From assembly GCA_003135555.1 (NCBI GenBank), contig PLCF01000085.1, positions 184,589 to 248,588 on the forward strand: 64,000 nt of DNA, written 5' to 3'. The notes beneath the pieces are model-generated. The model did not search any database, was not told where the DNA came from, and was given only the letters and a program-made list of their open reading frames with translations. The DNA is from Vulcanimicrobiota bacterium. Lineage in GTDB: Bacteria; Vulcanimicrobiota; Vulcanimicrobiia; Vulcanimicrobiales; Vulcanimicrobiaceae. The stretch's first letter is position 1; every line of letters starts with the position of its first letter. The position numbers and the translations under genes are program-made. Of this stretch, positions 18,913 through 29,308 are shown one piece after another.

Positions 18913-19622
18913 TCGGGCTTCCGGAAAGCGATCGTGATGAAATGCGCGTGCGTCGCGTCGAGGCGGCCGACGCTCGGAGGCAGTGGATGATAGCCCGCCC
19001 CGAGCGCGCGAACGAGTTGCAGCCCGTGCAGCGTGCCGAGTTCGATCAGGCCCCGCAAACTGAAGATGCGATGGTGCTGCATCGGAAACGGCCAGCCTTC
19101 GTCACCGCGTCGAAGGGCGAGCGGATTCCCGACGCCGGCTGCCAGGCCGCTGACATTGGTCAGAGAGAACGCTTGCCAGCCAAGCACAAGCGCGCCGATG
19201 TTGTGCCAGCTCGAGGCGTTCTCGGTCGAGACGATGACGAGGCCGCCCGGCTTCGCGATCCGAGCGTTCTCTGCGACGAAGAGGTCCGTGTCGTAAAGGT
19301 GTTCGATCACTTGATTGCTCACGACGAGGTCGAAGCTGTCCGCGGGAAACGGCAGGTGCGCGTTGAGGTCCGCTTCCGCGACGGTGAACCCGCGCCCGGT
19401 CGCTGCGCGCACGTGCGGATCGAAGACTTCGACGACCGACACGGACTCAGGCTCGAGGTCACGGGCGAGACGCACGGTGAGCGCTCCGTCACCGCAGCCG
19501 AGATCGACCATCGTCCCGCCCCGGCGAAACCCCGCTGTTTTGGCGAGCTCGGCGATGTTCCGCTCGTTGAGGGCGATCGCCTCATCCATTAGCCGCAGTC
19601 CCCAGGTCTTGAAGTTATGCAC
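18909..19622 (-). CDS. Class I SAM-dependent methyltransferase
   Basis: VDLGCGDG, LPFPADSFDLV, VIEHL, KPGG. Confidence 0.88.
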   Translation of the reverse strand: MHNFKTWGLRLMDEAIALNERNIAELAKTAGFRRGGTMVDLGCGDGALTVRLARDLEPESVSVVEVFDPHVRAATGRGFTVAEADLNAHLPFPADSFDLVVSNQVIEHLYDTDLFVAENARIAKPGGLVIVSTENASSWHNIGALVLGWQAFSLTNVSGLAAGVGNPLALRRGDEGWPFPMQHHRIFSLRGLIELGTLHGLQLVRALGAGYHPLPPSVGRLDATHAHFITIAFRKPE

Positions 19623-19901
19623 GAGCGTTCATCTTCGAGGCGAAAGTCGGAACTCCAAACAAGTCGCCTGCACGACGATGCCCTGCGACGCGCGACGCGG
19701 GTACTGAGCGACCCTTACGATAGTACTGCAAGAGAAGTTGTCCAGTCGATTTGCAAACTCGGCCCGCGTCGACGCATTCCGATGAGCTTTCAGCGCGATT
19801 TCCGGGGCTCGGCACGATGCCCTTCCTCTCGTTTTTAACAATGCCGCCGTCGCCGCGAGGTGCGGGAGGGTCGATGCAGGCCGTCGTATCCTGTCGCTCC
19901 G

Positions 19902-20744
19902 ATGCCGCCGACCCCTGGGCGCTCTCAGCCTCGCGTTACGATTCCGCCCGCGACGAGCGTATATGGAAACGTCGAACAGCACGCAGCCGCAGGCGACGGC
20001 GGCCTGCCGGCGCCAAGCGCCCGCCACAGCACAACGGCCGGCTCGGCCCACCCCCCGAAACCGTTTGCCGACCTTGCCATCGTTATCCCCGCATATGGCG
20101 AGGAGGGCAGCATCCGGGACGTCGTTGCCTCCCTTCGGGAATTCAACCCCGATGCCGTGGTCGTGGTCGTCGACGACGGATCGCGGGACGCGACTGCGGA
20201 CGCCGCGTTTGATGCGGGCGCGTTCGTGCTGCGGCATCCGATCAACCTTGGACAAGGAGCAGCGCTCCACACCGGCATCCGGTACGCCGTTCGGCGCGGA
20301 GCATCGATTGTCTGTACCTTCGACGCCGATGGTCAGCACGATCCTAGCTCGATACCCGCTATGCGCAGTCTACTGGACGATAGTCAAGCCGACGTCGTCC
20401 TGGGCTCGCGGTTCTTGGCCGAGAAACAATATGTCCCGCCGGTCCGGCGTGCGATGCTGAAAATGGCGCTTGCATTTACAAGGCTGCACACGGGTCTCGC
20501 GCTGACCGATACCCACAACGGTCTGCGGCTGATGCGCGCCCACGCGGCGCTGCTGATGCTGCCGCGTCAGGCCGGGATGGCGCACGCGTCGGAAATGCTC
20601 GACCTCATTGCGACCCACCGGCTCCGGTATGTCGAGATTCCGAGCGAGGTCAAGTATACCGGGTATTCGATGCGGAAGGGACAGCGCTCGTTCAACGCTG
20701 TGAAGATCATCTTCGAACTCGCGTACCGGCGCCTCACGAGGTAA
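19902..20744 (+). CDS. Polyprenol-phosphate glycosyltransferase (DPM1-like GT2); start uncertain
   Basis: VIPAYGE, VDDGSRD, HPINLGQG, FDADGQH, LGSRF, TDTHNGLR. Confidence 0.85.
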   Translation: MPPTPGRSQPRVTIPPATSVYGNVEQHAAAGDGGLPAPSARHSTTAGSAHPPKPFADLAIVIPAYGEEGSIRDVVASLREFNPDAVVVVVDDGSRDATADAAFDAGAFVLRHPINLGQGAALHTGIRYAVRRGASIVCTFDADGQHDPSSIPAMRSLLDDSQADVVLGSRFLAEKQYVPPVRRAMLKMALAFTRLHTGLALTDTHNGLRLMRAHAALLMLPRQAGMAHASEMLDLIATHRLRYVEIPSEVKYTGYSMRKGQRSFNAVKIIFELAYRRLTR

Positions 20745-20748
20745 CGCG

Positions 20749-21117
20749 ATGATCGTAAGCGTGCTCGTACTCTGCTTCATCATCATCGCGATCTACGTAG
20801 GAAGCCATCGGCTCAACGGCGTGCAGACGATCGCGGTGATTCTGTTCTTTCTCGTCGGTGTCGTGGTCGTCGTGTTCCCTACCGTCGCCGCCGGCATTGC
20901 CGAGCATCTTGGCGTAGGCCGCGGGGTCGATCTCGTCCTGTACCTCAGCGTCGTGGGCGGCTTGTTCGTCGCTGCGAACTTCTATTTCCGCATCAAGAGC
21001 CAAGAGGACATGCTCGGTACAATGGCGCGCGAGATCGCGCTGATGGCGCCGCGGGAGCACACGGTCCATGCCGCGCCGCCCGCGGGCGACAGGCCGGCGC
21101 CCGAAGCATCCAGTTGA
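20749..21117 (+). CDS. DUF2304-like small membrane partner of the GT2
   Basis: Three hydrophobic segments, LGVGRGVDLVLY motif, C-terminal REIAL; directly after a DPM1-like GT2. Confidence 0.8.
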   Translation: MIVSVLVLCFIIIAIYVGSHRLNGVQTIAVILFFLVGVVVVVFPTVAAGIAEHLGVGRGVDLVLYLSVVGGLFVAANFYFRIKSQEDMLGTMAREIALMAPREHTVHAAPPAGDRPAPEASS

Positions 21118-21121
21118 GCAT

Positions 21122-23233
21122 TTAGTCCACGACTTTGAGGAGCTCGACGGTCGTGCGTGTTCCGGGCTGCAGCTGTTCGGTGACGAGCCTCAGGTGCTTC
21201 CACAGTGGAGTAGCGCGCATTCCGCCAAGAGCCTCCTTCCAAACGACGACATACGTGCAGCCGGCATCACTGAGTCGCGCGTACGCATCCGGCGACGCCA
21301 GAGTCCATTCGTTGAGCGCTGCTGGGCCACCGTAGTTTGTTCCATTGAAGATCTCGGTCTGGCTGTACATGTTCATGAACTGCAGGTTGACGGCGTCGTA
21401 GATTTTGTCGCGCTGCGGGTCCAAGTGAGCGTTCGCGTACTCCAATATCGGCGCATCTTGCAACATGATCCCGCGCTCTGGCAGATTCTCATAGAGGTAT
21501 GCAAAATTCAGGTACTGGGTGCCCATTACGGCCGGCGATGTCGCCCCGCGCTGGAGCCGCGTCACCAGCCCGTTTCCGAGTGCAGAGAAGATCAGAATGG
21601 ACGCGATGAGGCCCACCTGCGCTAGGCGCGCCCCGCGCCAATCCTGGCCGAGTACGGCGTACCCTATCAAGAGGGCGACAACCGGAAGCGCGGTTTCAAG
21701 GTAACGAAACTCGACGGCGCCGCTGACGAGGACGAGCGCCGTAAACCACGCGGCGAAAGCGGATATCGGACGGATCACCTCCGTGCCCCGCCGCGCGAAG
21801 AACGGCAGGGCGGCCCAAATTGGCAGAAGCGCCAGCCAAAGGGGGCCTGGAAGGTCGCGGAACTTCAACGGGTCCATCGTCATCGCCCAAGGCAGCGAGA
21901 CGAGGTTGGCCGGATCGAGCGTCTCCATGAGTCGCCCACTGAAGGTGTTCGAAACATTCGCGCCCATTGTCGCCGCACCGTACTGAGAATGGAAAATTCC
22001 CGGCGCAAGCGGAAAAATCGGATCCCCGATCATCCATTGAGCCGTAACGAGCGCAGGAGCGGCAGCCAGCAGCGCGCAACCCGCATACGACAAGAGCTGC
22101 GCCAGCAGAGCCCTTCTCGGCGCCTGCCGCCTTTGCAGGACACGCAAGGCAACAATTCCGAGCGCGATCACGGCGAACGCGCCGAACGTCTTGATACCGT
22201 AGGTAATCCCCAGAAAAAATCCGGCGCCGCCCAATGCAAGCTTCGACTCCGTGCGTTGCCACGAAAGATAGCAATGCAGCGCCAGGATGACGAATGGAAC
22301 AGCCCCGAGGTCGTTCTTCGCGGTCGTCGCAGACCACGCGACAACGGGTGAAGCGAAGAGGATTAGGGCAGCGGTCTCGCCGATCGCGCTCGACGAGAAC
22401 CACGCTCGGGAGAACGCGATCAGTGCCAGCACGGTCATAACCGCCCCGCCCCAAGCAATGAGCTTGGCACCAATGGCCCCGACGAGGACCCACTCGAACG
22501 CGTAAACCGTTTCTTGATAGTGCGGCAGTGCGAAGGCCCAGATGCGTTCCGACGCGACGAGATTGAAAAAGCCATGGTGCTGCGCGTACCGGAACGCCTC
22601 GGCAAGATGGTAATAGCGTGCGTCGAAGCCAACCTCGGGCGTGAGTGCGGCCAACAAGCTCACGTAGAGAGAAGCTGCCAGCAGTACCCAAATCAATGCA
22701 GTTAGGAGGCGCGGCACGCGGACGGTGTCCTTGAGCCGCGGCGCATTGCGCAGCCAGCGCCAGACGGAGAACGTCGAGAACGCGAACCCCCCGAGCAAGA
22801 GCGGAACTTCGAACCGCCGATGCAGCAGATGTAGGGTTGCGAGCAGATAGGCAACCGCGATGAGCACGGCTAGGCCGGCAACCATGCCGAATGCGATTCG
22901 GTCGAATGCGTCGCGAGCTGGAATGCGAAATGCGCGCAGCAATGCATCTCCGGGGCCGATCCCCGCACCGAATGTAAGGGCGAGTGCCGAGACGAGCACC
23001 GCATTGCGAGGGATGTGGGTCAGAATCAAACCGAGGTGCGAAAGGTCGGCCCAAACGGCGCTACGGATAGCCGGATCGTCAAACGCATAAACGTGGATGG
23101 CGATCACAACGGCCCAGATCGGCAACAGGGCCGCGCCGAAGACTGCGAATCGACCCCATCGGCTGTCCAATATCGGCGTTGCGTGCAGCGGCTCGTCGGG
23201 CTGCGGGCCGCCGCGGATACTCGGCGGGGCCAA
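21122..23233 (-). CDS. Multi-pass membrane GT-C-like glycosyltransferase (ArnT/PMT-like)
   Basis: More than 12 predicted TM segments, loop motif FDARYYH, KND, FRY, soluble C-terminal domain. Confidence 0.7.
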   Translation of the reverse strand: MAPPSIRGGPQPDEPLHATPILDSRWGRFAVFGAALLPIWAVVIAIHVYAFDDPAIRSAVWADLSHLGLILTHIPRNAVLVSALALTFGAGIGPGDALLRAFRIPARDAFDRIAFGMVAGLAVLIAVAYLLATLHLLHRRFEVPLLLGGFAFSTFSVWRWLRNAPRLKDTVRVPRLLTALIWVLLAASLYVSLLAALTPEVGFDARYYHLAEAFRYAQHHGFFNLVASERIWAFALPHYQETVYAFEWVLVGAIGAKLIAWGGAVMTVLALIAFSRAWFSSSAIGETAALILFASPVVAWSATTAKNDLGAVPFVILALHCYLSWQRTESKLALGGAGFFLGITYGIKTFGAFAVIALGIVALRVLQRRQAPRRALLAQLLSYAGCALLAAAPALVTAQWMIGDPIFPLAPGIFHSQYGAATMGANVSNTFSGRLMETLDPANLVSLPWAMTMDPLKFRDLPGPLWLALLPIWAALPFFARRGTEVIRPISAFAAWFTALVLVSGAVEFRYLETALPVVALLIGYAVLGQDWRGARLAQVGLIASILIFSALGNGLVTRLQRGATSPAVMGTQYLNFAYLYENLPERGIMLQDAPILEYANAHLDPQRDKIYDAVNLQFMNMYSQTEIFNGTNYGGPAALNEWTLASPDAYARLSDAGCTYVVVWKEALGGMRATPLWKHLRLVTEQLQPGTRTTVELLKVVD

Positions 23234-23355
23234 CTTAGCGAACTCCGGATCCGGCAGAAAATTTCCCCTTGTCGTGCAGAAGGATCAGATTCGCGAAGCC
23301 TTCGCTCGAGTACGCCTTGGCTCTTGCGAGCCGATTGGTCTCGGCAGGGGCGACG

Positions 23356-24261
23356 TCAGCGCAGCGTCGCGGCGAACCCGATCTTGTTCGCGGCGCTGCG
23401 CCAGCGCAGGTGCAGGGTGTCGCCGGCGGCCTCGTAGAGCAGGTGCAGGCGGGTGACGATCTTCAAGCGCGCGATGCGCGCGGCGTGCGACCACCCGCGT
23501 GCCGCGGCGCGCTGCGCGATGAGATCGTACACCGCCGCCTCTTCGCGGAATCGGAACAGCGTCTTGTTGACCTGCGCCGTGTTCTGCGCCGGATGGCGCC
23601 GGTATTCGTACGCCGGCTCGTGGGTCCCGACGATCGTCCCGCCGCCGAAGAGGATGCGCGTGAAATACTCGAGGTCGGCGGCCTGGTACAGATCCTCCGG
23701 CCAGCGTTCGCCGGCGAGCCGCGAGCGCCGAAAGCACACCGTCGGTGCCATGATGAAGTCGGCCCGGGCCAGCGCCGCGACGCCGCCCTCGCCCGCGAGC
23801 ACGGCGGGTCCCGCGCCGTGCGAGACGATGAACCGCTTCACATAGTCGACGAACGAAAACACCGCTTCGCCCGCCGCGTCGATGATGCGCGCTCCGCAGT
23901 AGTAGGCCGCGGCATCGGGATAGTGCCGCGCGAGCGCGCGAATCGTCGTGAGATAGTTCGGTTTGATGCGGTCGTCGGCGTGCAGCAGCGCGACGAGATC
24001 GGTCTGGGCGCAGTCCATGGCCCGGTTGAAGCTGGCGCAGATGACGACGTGCGTTCCGAACGCACGCCAGGTCAGGCGCGGGTCGCCGAAGCTCGCGACG
24101 AGCGCCTGTGCCTCGGCCGCTGCAGCGGGATCGCGCGTGTTGTCCGAGACGATGAGCTGCCAATCCGCACCCTCGAGCCGCAGCGCGCTGGAGAGCGTTT
24201 CGTGCAAGTACCCGGTGCCGCCGGCGAACGGGACGACCAGGGTGATCGGTTCGGTCGTCAC
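23356..24261 (-). CDS. Glycosyltransferase family 2
   Basis: VSDN, LLHADD, YRRH. Confidence 0.85.
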   Translation of the reverse strand: MTTEPITLVVPFAGGTGYLHETLSSALRLEGADWQLIVSDNTRDPAAAAEAQALVASFGDPRLTWRAFGTHVVICASFNRAMDCAQTDLVALLHADDRIKPNYLTTIRALARHYPDAAAYYCGARIIDAAGEAVFSFVDYVKRFIVSHGAGPAVLAGEGGVAALARADFIMAPTVCFRRSRLAGERWPEDLYQAADLEYFTRILFGGGTIVGTHEPAYEYRRHPAQNTAQVNKTLFRFREEAAVYDLIAQRAAARGWSHAARIARLKIVTRLHLLYEAAGDTLHLRWRSAANKIGFAATLR

Positions 24262-25160
24262 GAGCGTAGCGCGCCGGCGGCGACGAGGTCGACCTCGGCG
24301 CCGAGCCCAGCCTCGAAGTCCAGCTGCGGCGACCAGCCCAGCGCGCGCAGCGTGGCCGGCTCTGCGATCTGGGTGTCCGGTTCGAGCCCCGAGCGCGGGA
24401 TGGCGCCGAGACGCACCAGTTCGCGTCGTTGCAGCCGCCCGGCGATCGCGAAGAGCACGTCGGCGATCGAGCGGCCCGTCCCGGTACCGACGTTCGCGAT
24501 CCCATGGTGGTCCGCGCCCACCAGGAGCGCGAGCGCCGCGGCGACGTCGCTTACGTGCACGAAGTCACGCACTTGCCGGCCGTCCGTCGCCGCGAACGGT
24601 TCACCGCGCGCGAGCGCGAGCGCGGCCTGCGGAATCAGTCGGATCGCCGGCTCGCCTGCGCCGTACACGAGGAACAGCCGCGCCCAGCTCACGGGAAACC
24701 CCTCGCGCGCCCCGTACGCCAGCGCCAGGGAACCCACGGCCCATTTCGCCGCCGTGTAGAGCACCGCGGGTGCGGCCGGCGTCGTCTCCTCGCAGACGCC
24801 GCTGAAGCTCCCGTATTCGGCGTACGTTCCCGCCGCGACCACCCGCGTTCCGCCGTTGCCCCGGAAGGCTTCGAGCAGTCGCGCCCCGCCGGCGACCCAG
24901 CGCAGATTCTCCGCCGACGTCTTGTGATCGGCGAGCGTCGTACACCACGCCAGGTGCAGCAAATGCGTCGCGCGCACCCGACCGCACAGCGCCTCGACCG
25001 CACGCTCGTCGGTGAGGTCGCAGCGATGCGTCGTGGCTCCCGCCGGGCCGGCGCCGGCGGCCTGGACGACGGCGTGCACGTCGTAGCCTGCGGCGAGCAG
25101 CAACGGAACGACGGCGGATCCCACGAAGCCGTTCGCGCCCGTGACCAGGACGCGCGGCAT
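24258..25160 (-). CDS. NAD-dependent epimerase / CDP-sugar 4-ketoreductase-like
   Basis: MPRVLVTGANGFVG, HLAW, GTYAEYG, YTAAK, RDFVHV. Confidence 0.85.
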   Translation of the reverse strand: MPRVLVTGANGFVGSAVVPLLLAAGYDVHAVVQAAGAGPAGATTHRCDLTDERAVEALCGRVRATHLLHLAWCTTLADHKTSAENLRWVAGGARLLEAFRGNGGTRVVAAGTYAEYGSFSGVCEETTPAAPAVLYTAAKWAVGSLALAYGAREGFPVSWARLFLVYGAGEPAIRLIPQAALALARGEPFAATDGRQVRDFVHVSDVAAALALLVGADHHGIANVGTGTGRSIADVLFAIAGRLQRRELVRLGAIPRSGLEPDTQIAEPATLRALGWSPQLDFEAGLGAEVDLVAAGALRS

Positions 25161-25162
25161 CG

Positions 25163-26224
25163 TCAGCGCCGCTGCCAAGCCGCTGGATAATGAAGCTGCG
25201 GATCGCGGTGATGGAGCAGCTTCGGGCTGACCCCGGGGACGATTCGGAACAGCGGGTCGTCGAGCACCGCCGCATCCTTGAGCGCGAGCATGTTGAAGCC
25301 GTGCGGCGGGCCCCCCAGAAACGCCGAGTCGGGCGGCACCAGCTCGACCGGCAGGTCGCGCATCGCGACGTGCGATTGAAAGTCGCGCACCGCGTACAGC
25401 CCGTAGCCGCACTCCTCGAGATAGCGTGCGATCTCCGTCGCGCGCAGCCCGGCGGACCAATCGACGTACGAGCGGTGGATCTCGAACACGACGTGCGGCG
25501 CGTCGGGGCGCTCCAACAACGCGCGGGCGCCGCGCAGCGCGTGCAGCTCGCTGCCTTCGATGTCGAGCATCACCAGCCCGACGGAGTCCAGCCGTTCGCG
25601 CGCGCAGTACGCGTCGATGGTGGTCACCGCGATCGCTCCGGCCGCGCTGGGTTCGGTGCGCGCGAGCTCGTCGGCGCCGGCGAACTTCAGCCGCGTGCTC
25701 TCGTCGTCCCACAGTCCCAGCGCGATCCCGCGCACGTTGGTCAGCCCGTTGCGCCGCGCGTTCTCCTCCAGCATCGCGAGTTGGCGTGCGTTGGGCTCGA
25801 AGGCGTGCACCGTGCCGCCGGACGGCGCGAGCGCCGCCGCGATCAGGACGGCGTGGTCGCCCGAGTACGCGCCGCCGACGATCACGTTGCGCGCCCCCGC
25901 CGCGAGGTGGAGCAGCAGCTTGGTGGTCTGCGGTTCGAAGACGTGGTCGGGATGCTCTTCGGCCCGCATGGCGAGGTCGCGTGCGATTTGACCGCTGTAG
26001 AGCGCGCTGAACGTCAACCCGTCCGCGAGCTGAACCTCGACGCGTTCGACGCCGGCGTGCAGCGCGTCGACGATCGGACCGGTGATCTCGGTGCGCACGT
26101 TTTGGCCGGGCTGGGCCAGCAGCGGCTCGACGTCGCGAAGCGTCGCGGTGAGTGCCGCGCGAGCCTCGGCGTTGGCCCCGAGCGCACGTAACGCGCGCAC
26201 GACTGCGGCAGGTTCTACATTCAT
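25163..26224 (-). CDS. FkbM-family methyltransferase
   Basis: GGAYSG, VHAFEPN, MLDIEGSELHALRGA. Confidence 0.85.
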   Translation of the reverse strand: MNVEPAAVVRALRALGANAEARAALTATLRDVEPLLAQPGQNVRTEITGPIVDALHAGVERVEVQLADGLTFSALYSGQIARDLAMRAEEHPDHVFEPQTTKLLLHLAAGARNVIVGGAYSGDHAVLIAAALAPSGGTVHAFEPNARQLAMLEENARRNGLTNVRGIALGLWDDESTRLKFAGADELARTEPSAAGAIAVTTIDAYCARERLDSVGLVMLDIEGSELHALRGARALLERPDAPHVVFEIHRSYVDWSAGLRATEIARYLEECGYGLYAVRDFQSHVAMRDLPVELVPPDSAFLGGPPHGFNMLALKDAAVLDDPLFRIVPGVSPKLLHHRDPQLHYPAAWQRR

Positions 26225-26290
26225 GGTCGCGCCTGCCGTACGGGCCTGCAGCGCGCGGGTCCTTCCGCGGTGTTTCGCGGGGAGGTAAGC

Positions 26291-27115
26291 ATGCCGGACG
26301 TGTCGATCCTACTGGCGGTGAAGGTTGTGATCCTTGCCGGGGGACTCGGGACCCGAATGGGTGACGAGACGCTGGTGCGGCCCAAACCGCTCATCGAGAT
26401 CGGCGGACACCCGATCCTGTGGCACCTCATGAACGTCTATGCGGCGTACGGTTTCGATGAGTTCGTGCTGGCCCTGGGATACCGGGGCGATTTGATCAAG
26501 GACTACTTCCTCAACTTCGAAGCCCGCAACAGCGATTTGACGATCGATCTCGGCAGCGGCGCGGTCGAGGTGCTCGAGCGGCGCCATCCACGCTGGAAGG
26601 TCCATCTCATCGACACCGGCCTCGACACCCAGACGGGCGGACGGCTCCTTCGCCTGCGCGAGCTGATCGGCGAGCAGCGCTTCATGTTGACGTACGGTGA
26701 CGGGCTCGCCAGCGTCGACGTGCGGGCGCTCGTGCAAGCGCACGAGTCGCGCGGGGCGCGTGCGACGTTGACGGCGGTCCGGCCGCCGGCGCGGTTCGGC
26801 AACATTCGTTTGGCTCACGACGGTGCCCGGATCGAAGACTTCACCGAAAAGCCGCAGACCGACGCGGGCTGGATCAACGGCGGTTTCTTCGTGTTCGAGC
26901 CGGCGATCTTCGACTACATCGACGGCGATGCGACGGCGCTGGAACGCGAGCCGCTCGAACGGCTGGCCGCCGACGGCGGGCTATACGCGTTTCGCCATGA
27001 AGGCTTCTGGCAGCCGATGGATACGCTGCGCGAGCGCCGTCTGCTCGAAGAGCTGTGGGACTCGGGGCGCGCGCCCTGGAACGTCTGGAACGACCTGCCC
27101 TCGCCCACGGCGTGA
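26291..27115 (+). CDS. rfbF: Glucose-1-phosphate cytidylyltransferase
   Basis: GGAGG RBS before ATG 26291; ILAGGLGTR, DTGLDTQTGGRL, TYGDG, INGGFF, FWQPMDT. Confidence 0.93.
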   Translation: MPDVSILLAVKVVILAGGLGTRMGDETLVRPKPLIEIGGHPILWHLMNVYAAYGFDEFVLALGYRGDLIKDYFLNFEARNSDLTIDLGSGAVEVLERRHPRWKVHLIDTGLDTQTGGRLLRLRELIGEQRFMLTYGDGLASVDVRALVQAHESRGARATLTAVRPPARFGNIRLAHDGARIEDFTEKPQTDAGWINGGFFVFEPAIFDYIDGDATALEREPLERLAADGGLYAFRHEGFWQPMDTLRERRLLEELWDSGRAPWNVWNDLPSPTA

Positions 27116-27137
27116 CGGCGCGCCGGCCGAAGCGCTC

Positions 27138-28256
27138 GTGCTGATCTCCGCATTCGATTTCCGCCACAATGCGATAGGATTCTTGCGTCTTGCGTTCGCT
27201 GCGCTGGTGGTCTTCTCGCACGCTTTCACGCTGGGCGGGTTCGGCGACGACCCGGTCAGCCGCTGGAGCGGCGAGCACGAGGACTTGGGCAACATCGCGG
27301 TCGCCGGGTTCTTCGTGCTTAGCGGGTTTCTCATCACCCGCAGCGCGGAGCGCGCCCGCACGGTGCCGCGTTTCTTGTGGCACCGGTTCTTGCGCATCTT
27401 CCCAGCCTTCTGGGTGTGTCTCGTCGTTACCGCGCTCGTGCTCGCGCCGGTCGTCGCGCTGCTCGAAGGCCGCAGCCTTGCGGGATACGTCGCCGCTGCC
27501 GGCGATTCGCCGTGGCGGTACCTCGTGGTGAACGCCGATCTGACGATGCGCCAATACGGGGTCGCCGGGTTGTTGTCGCAGGTGCCGTATCCGCGCGCCT
27601 TCGACGGCTCGCTGTGGACCCTGCGGTTCGAGTTCGGTTGTTATCTCGCCGTCGCGGTGCTGGCCGCGGTCGGACTCGTACGCCGCAGGCGCTCGGTCGT
27701 CGCGGCGCTGACGGCCGCCCTCTATCTGGCCTACGCGGTTCCGGTCGCGCTCGACGGCGTCGTGAAGCTGCCGTTTCCGTTCGACGTCGTGGTGCGCGGC
27801 AACGACCGCCTCGTCGCCGAGTTGATCGTGTACTTCTTCGCCGGCGCAACGGCGTATCTGTACCGCGACCGGATCCGCTTGACACGCGCGCTGGGCATCG
27901 CGGGCGTGGTGATCTCCGCGGTGGCCCTGCACTACCCGATCTACGGGCTGGTCCTGCCGATCGGCTTCAGCGCGGCGACGCTGTGGCTGGCGGCGGAGCT
28001 TCCGTTGCGCGACGTCGACCGGCGCTTCGACCTGTCGTACGGGTTGTACATCTACGCGTTTCCGTTGCAGCAGATCGCGGCCGAGTGCGGTTTGTCGCGG
28101 CTCGGCGTCGCGGTCTCCACCGCCGTGCCACTCGCCGGTGCGCTGGCGATGGCCGCGGGGAGCTGGGTGCTCGTCGAGCGTCCGGCGCTCGCGCTCAAGG
28201 AAGCGACGCCGCCGGCGTTGCGCTGGTTGCTCGAGCCGCGGCGGGCGCGCCCGTGA
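27138..28256 (+). CDS. Acyltransferase_3 (OafA-like) membrane O-acyltransferase
   Basis: LRLAFAALVVFSH, FFVLSGFLI, RFLRIFP, LWTLRFE, SYGLYIY, VERP. Confidence 0.9.
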   Translation: MLISAFDFRHNAIGFLRLAFAALVVFSHAFTLGGFGDDPVSRWSGEHEDLGNIAVAGFFVLSGFLITRSAERARTVPRFLWHRFLRIFPAFWVCLVVTALVLAPVVALLEGRSLAGYVAAAGDSPWRYLVVNADLTMRQYGVAGLLSQVPYPRAFDGSLWTLRFEFGCYLAVAVLAAVGLVRRRRSVVAALTAALYLAYAVPVALDGVVKLPFPFDVVVRGNDRLVAELIVYFFAGATAYLYRDRIRLTRALGIAGVVISAVALHYPIYGLVLPIGFSAATLWLAAELPLRDVDRRFDLSYGLYIYAFPLQQIAAECGLSRLGVAVSTAVPLAGALAMAAGSWVLVERPALALKEATPPALRWLLEPRRARP

Positions 28257-29308
28257 CCTGGAGCGGCAAGCGCGTCCTCGTGACCGGCCACACCGGGTTC
28301 AAAGGCGCCTGGCTGGCGTGGTGGTTGTCGCGTTCCGGCGCCGCGGTGACGGGCTACGCCCTGCCGGCCGACGAGGGCCGGCCCAACCTCTTTCGCGCGC
28401 TGCGCCTCGACGCGGCGATCGAATCGGCGCTCGGCGACGTGCGCGACCGCTCCGCCGTCCGGCGGTTCGTCGAGCGGGTCAAGCCCGACGCCGTGTTCCA
28501 CTTGGCCGCGCAGGCGCTGGTGCGGGCGGCCTATGCCGATCCCGCCGGCACGTTCGAGACCAACGTGGCCGGTACGGCGGCGCTGCTCGACGCGGTCCGC
28601 ACCAGCGACTCGGTGCGCGCGGTCGTGGTGGTGACCTCCGACAAGTGTTACTTGCCGCGCAGCTCGGGCGCGCCGTACCGCGAAGACGATCCGCTGGGCG
28701 GCTACGATCCGTACGGCGCGAGCAAGGCGGCGCAGGAGATCGTCGCAGCCGCGTACCGGTCGTCGTACTTCGCCGCCGGCCCGCTGCTGGCGACCGTTCG
28801 CGCGGGGAACGTCATCGGCGGGGGCGACTGGTCCGCCGACCGTCTCGTCCCCGACGCGATCGATGCGCTCCTTGGCAAGGCACCGCTGGTGCTGCGCTAC
28901 CCCGACGCGGTACGGCCGTGGCAGCACGTGCTCGAACCGCTGCATGCCTACCTGGTCGTGGCGGAACGCCTGCTCGGCGGTGATGCCGAAGTCGCGTCGG
29001 CGTTCAACGTCGGCCCGGGCGAGTCAGGGCATCGCACCGTCGCCGAGGTGATCGACCTGCTCTACGCCGCCTGGGGACGCGCACCGGCGTGGGAGCGCGC
29101 CGCCGGCATCCAACCCGCGGAGGCCCCGGTGCTGCGACTCGATGCCGGCAAGGCGGCGCGCGCGTTGAGTATCGTCCCGCGCTTCGGCCTCGAGGTCGCG
29201 TGTCGCCGCACGGCGGAGTGGTACCGCGCATGGTCACAGGGCGCGGATGCGCGCGCGTTGTGCGACGCCGACATCGATGCGTTTGCGGGGCCCGCGTGCA
29301 ACGCTTGA
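28253..29308 (+). CDS. rfbG: CDP-glucose 4,6-dehydratase
   Basis: VTGHTGFKGAWL, HLAAQALVR, TSDKCY, RAGNVIGGGDW, RPWQHVLEPL. Confidence 0.95.
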   Translation: MTWSGKRVLVTGHTGFKGAWLAWWLSRSGAAVTGYALPADEGRPNLFRALRLDAAIESALGDVRDRSAVRRFVERVKPDAVFHLAAQALVRAAYADPAGTFETNVAGTAALLDAVRTSDSVRAVVVVTSDKCYLPRSSGAPYREDDPLGGYDPYGASKAAQEIVAAAYRSSYFAAGPLLATVRAGNVIGGGDWSADRLVPDAIDALLGKAPLVLRYPDAVRPWQHVLEPLHAYLVVAERLLGGDAEVASAFNVGPGESGHRTVAEVIDLLYAAWGRAPAWERAAGIQPAEAPVLRLDAGKAARALSIVPRFGLEVACRRTAEWYRAWSQGADARALCDADIDAFAGPACNA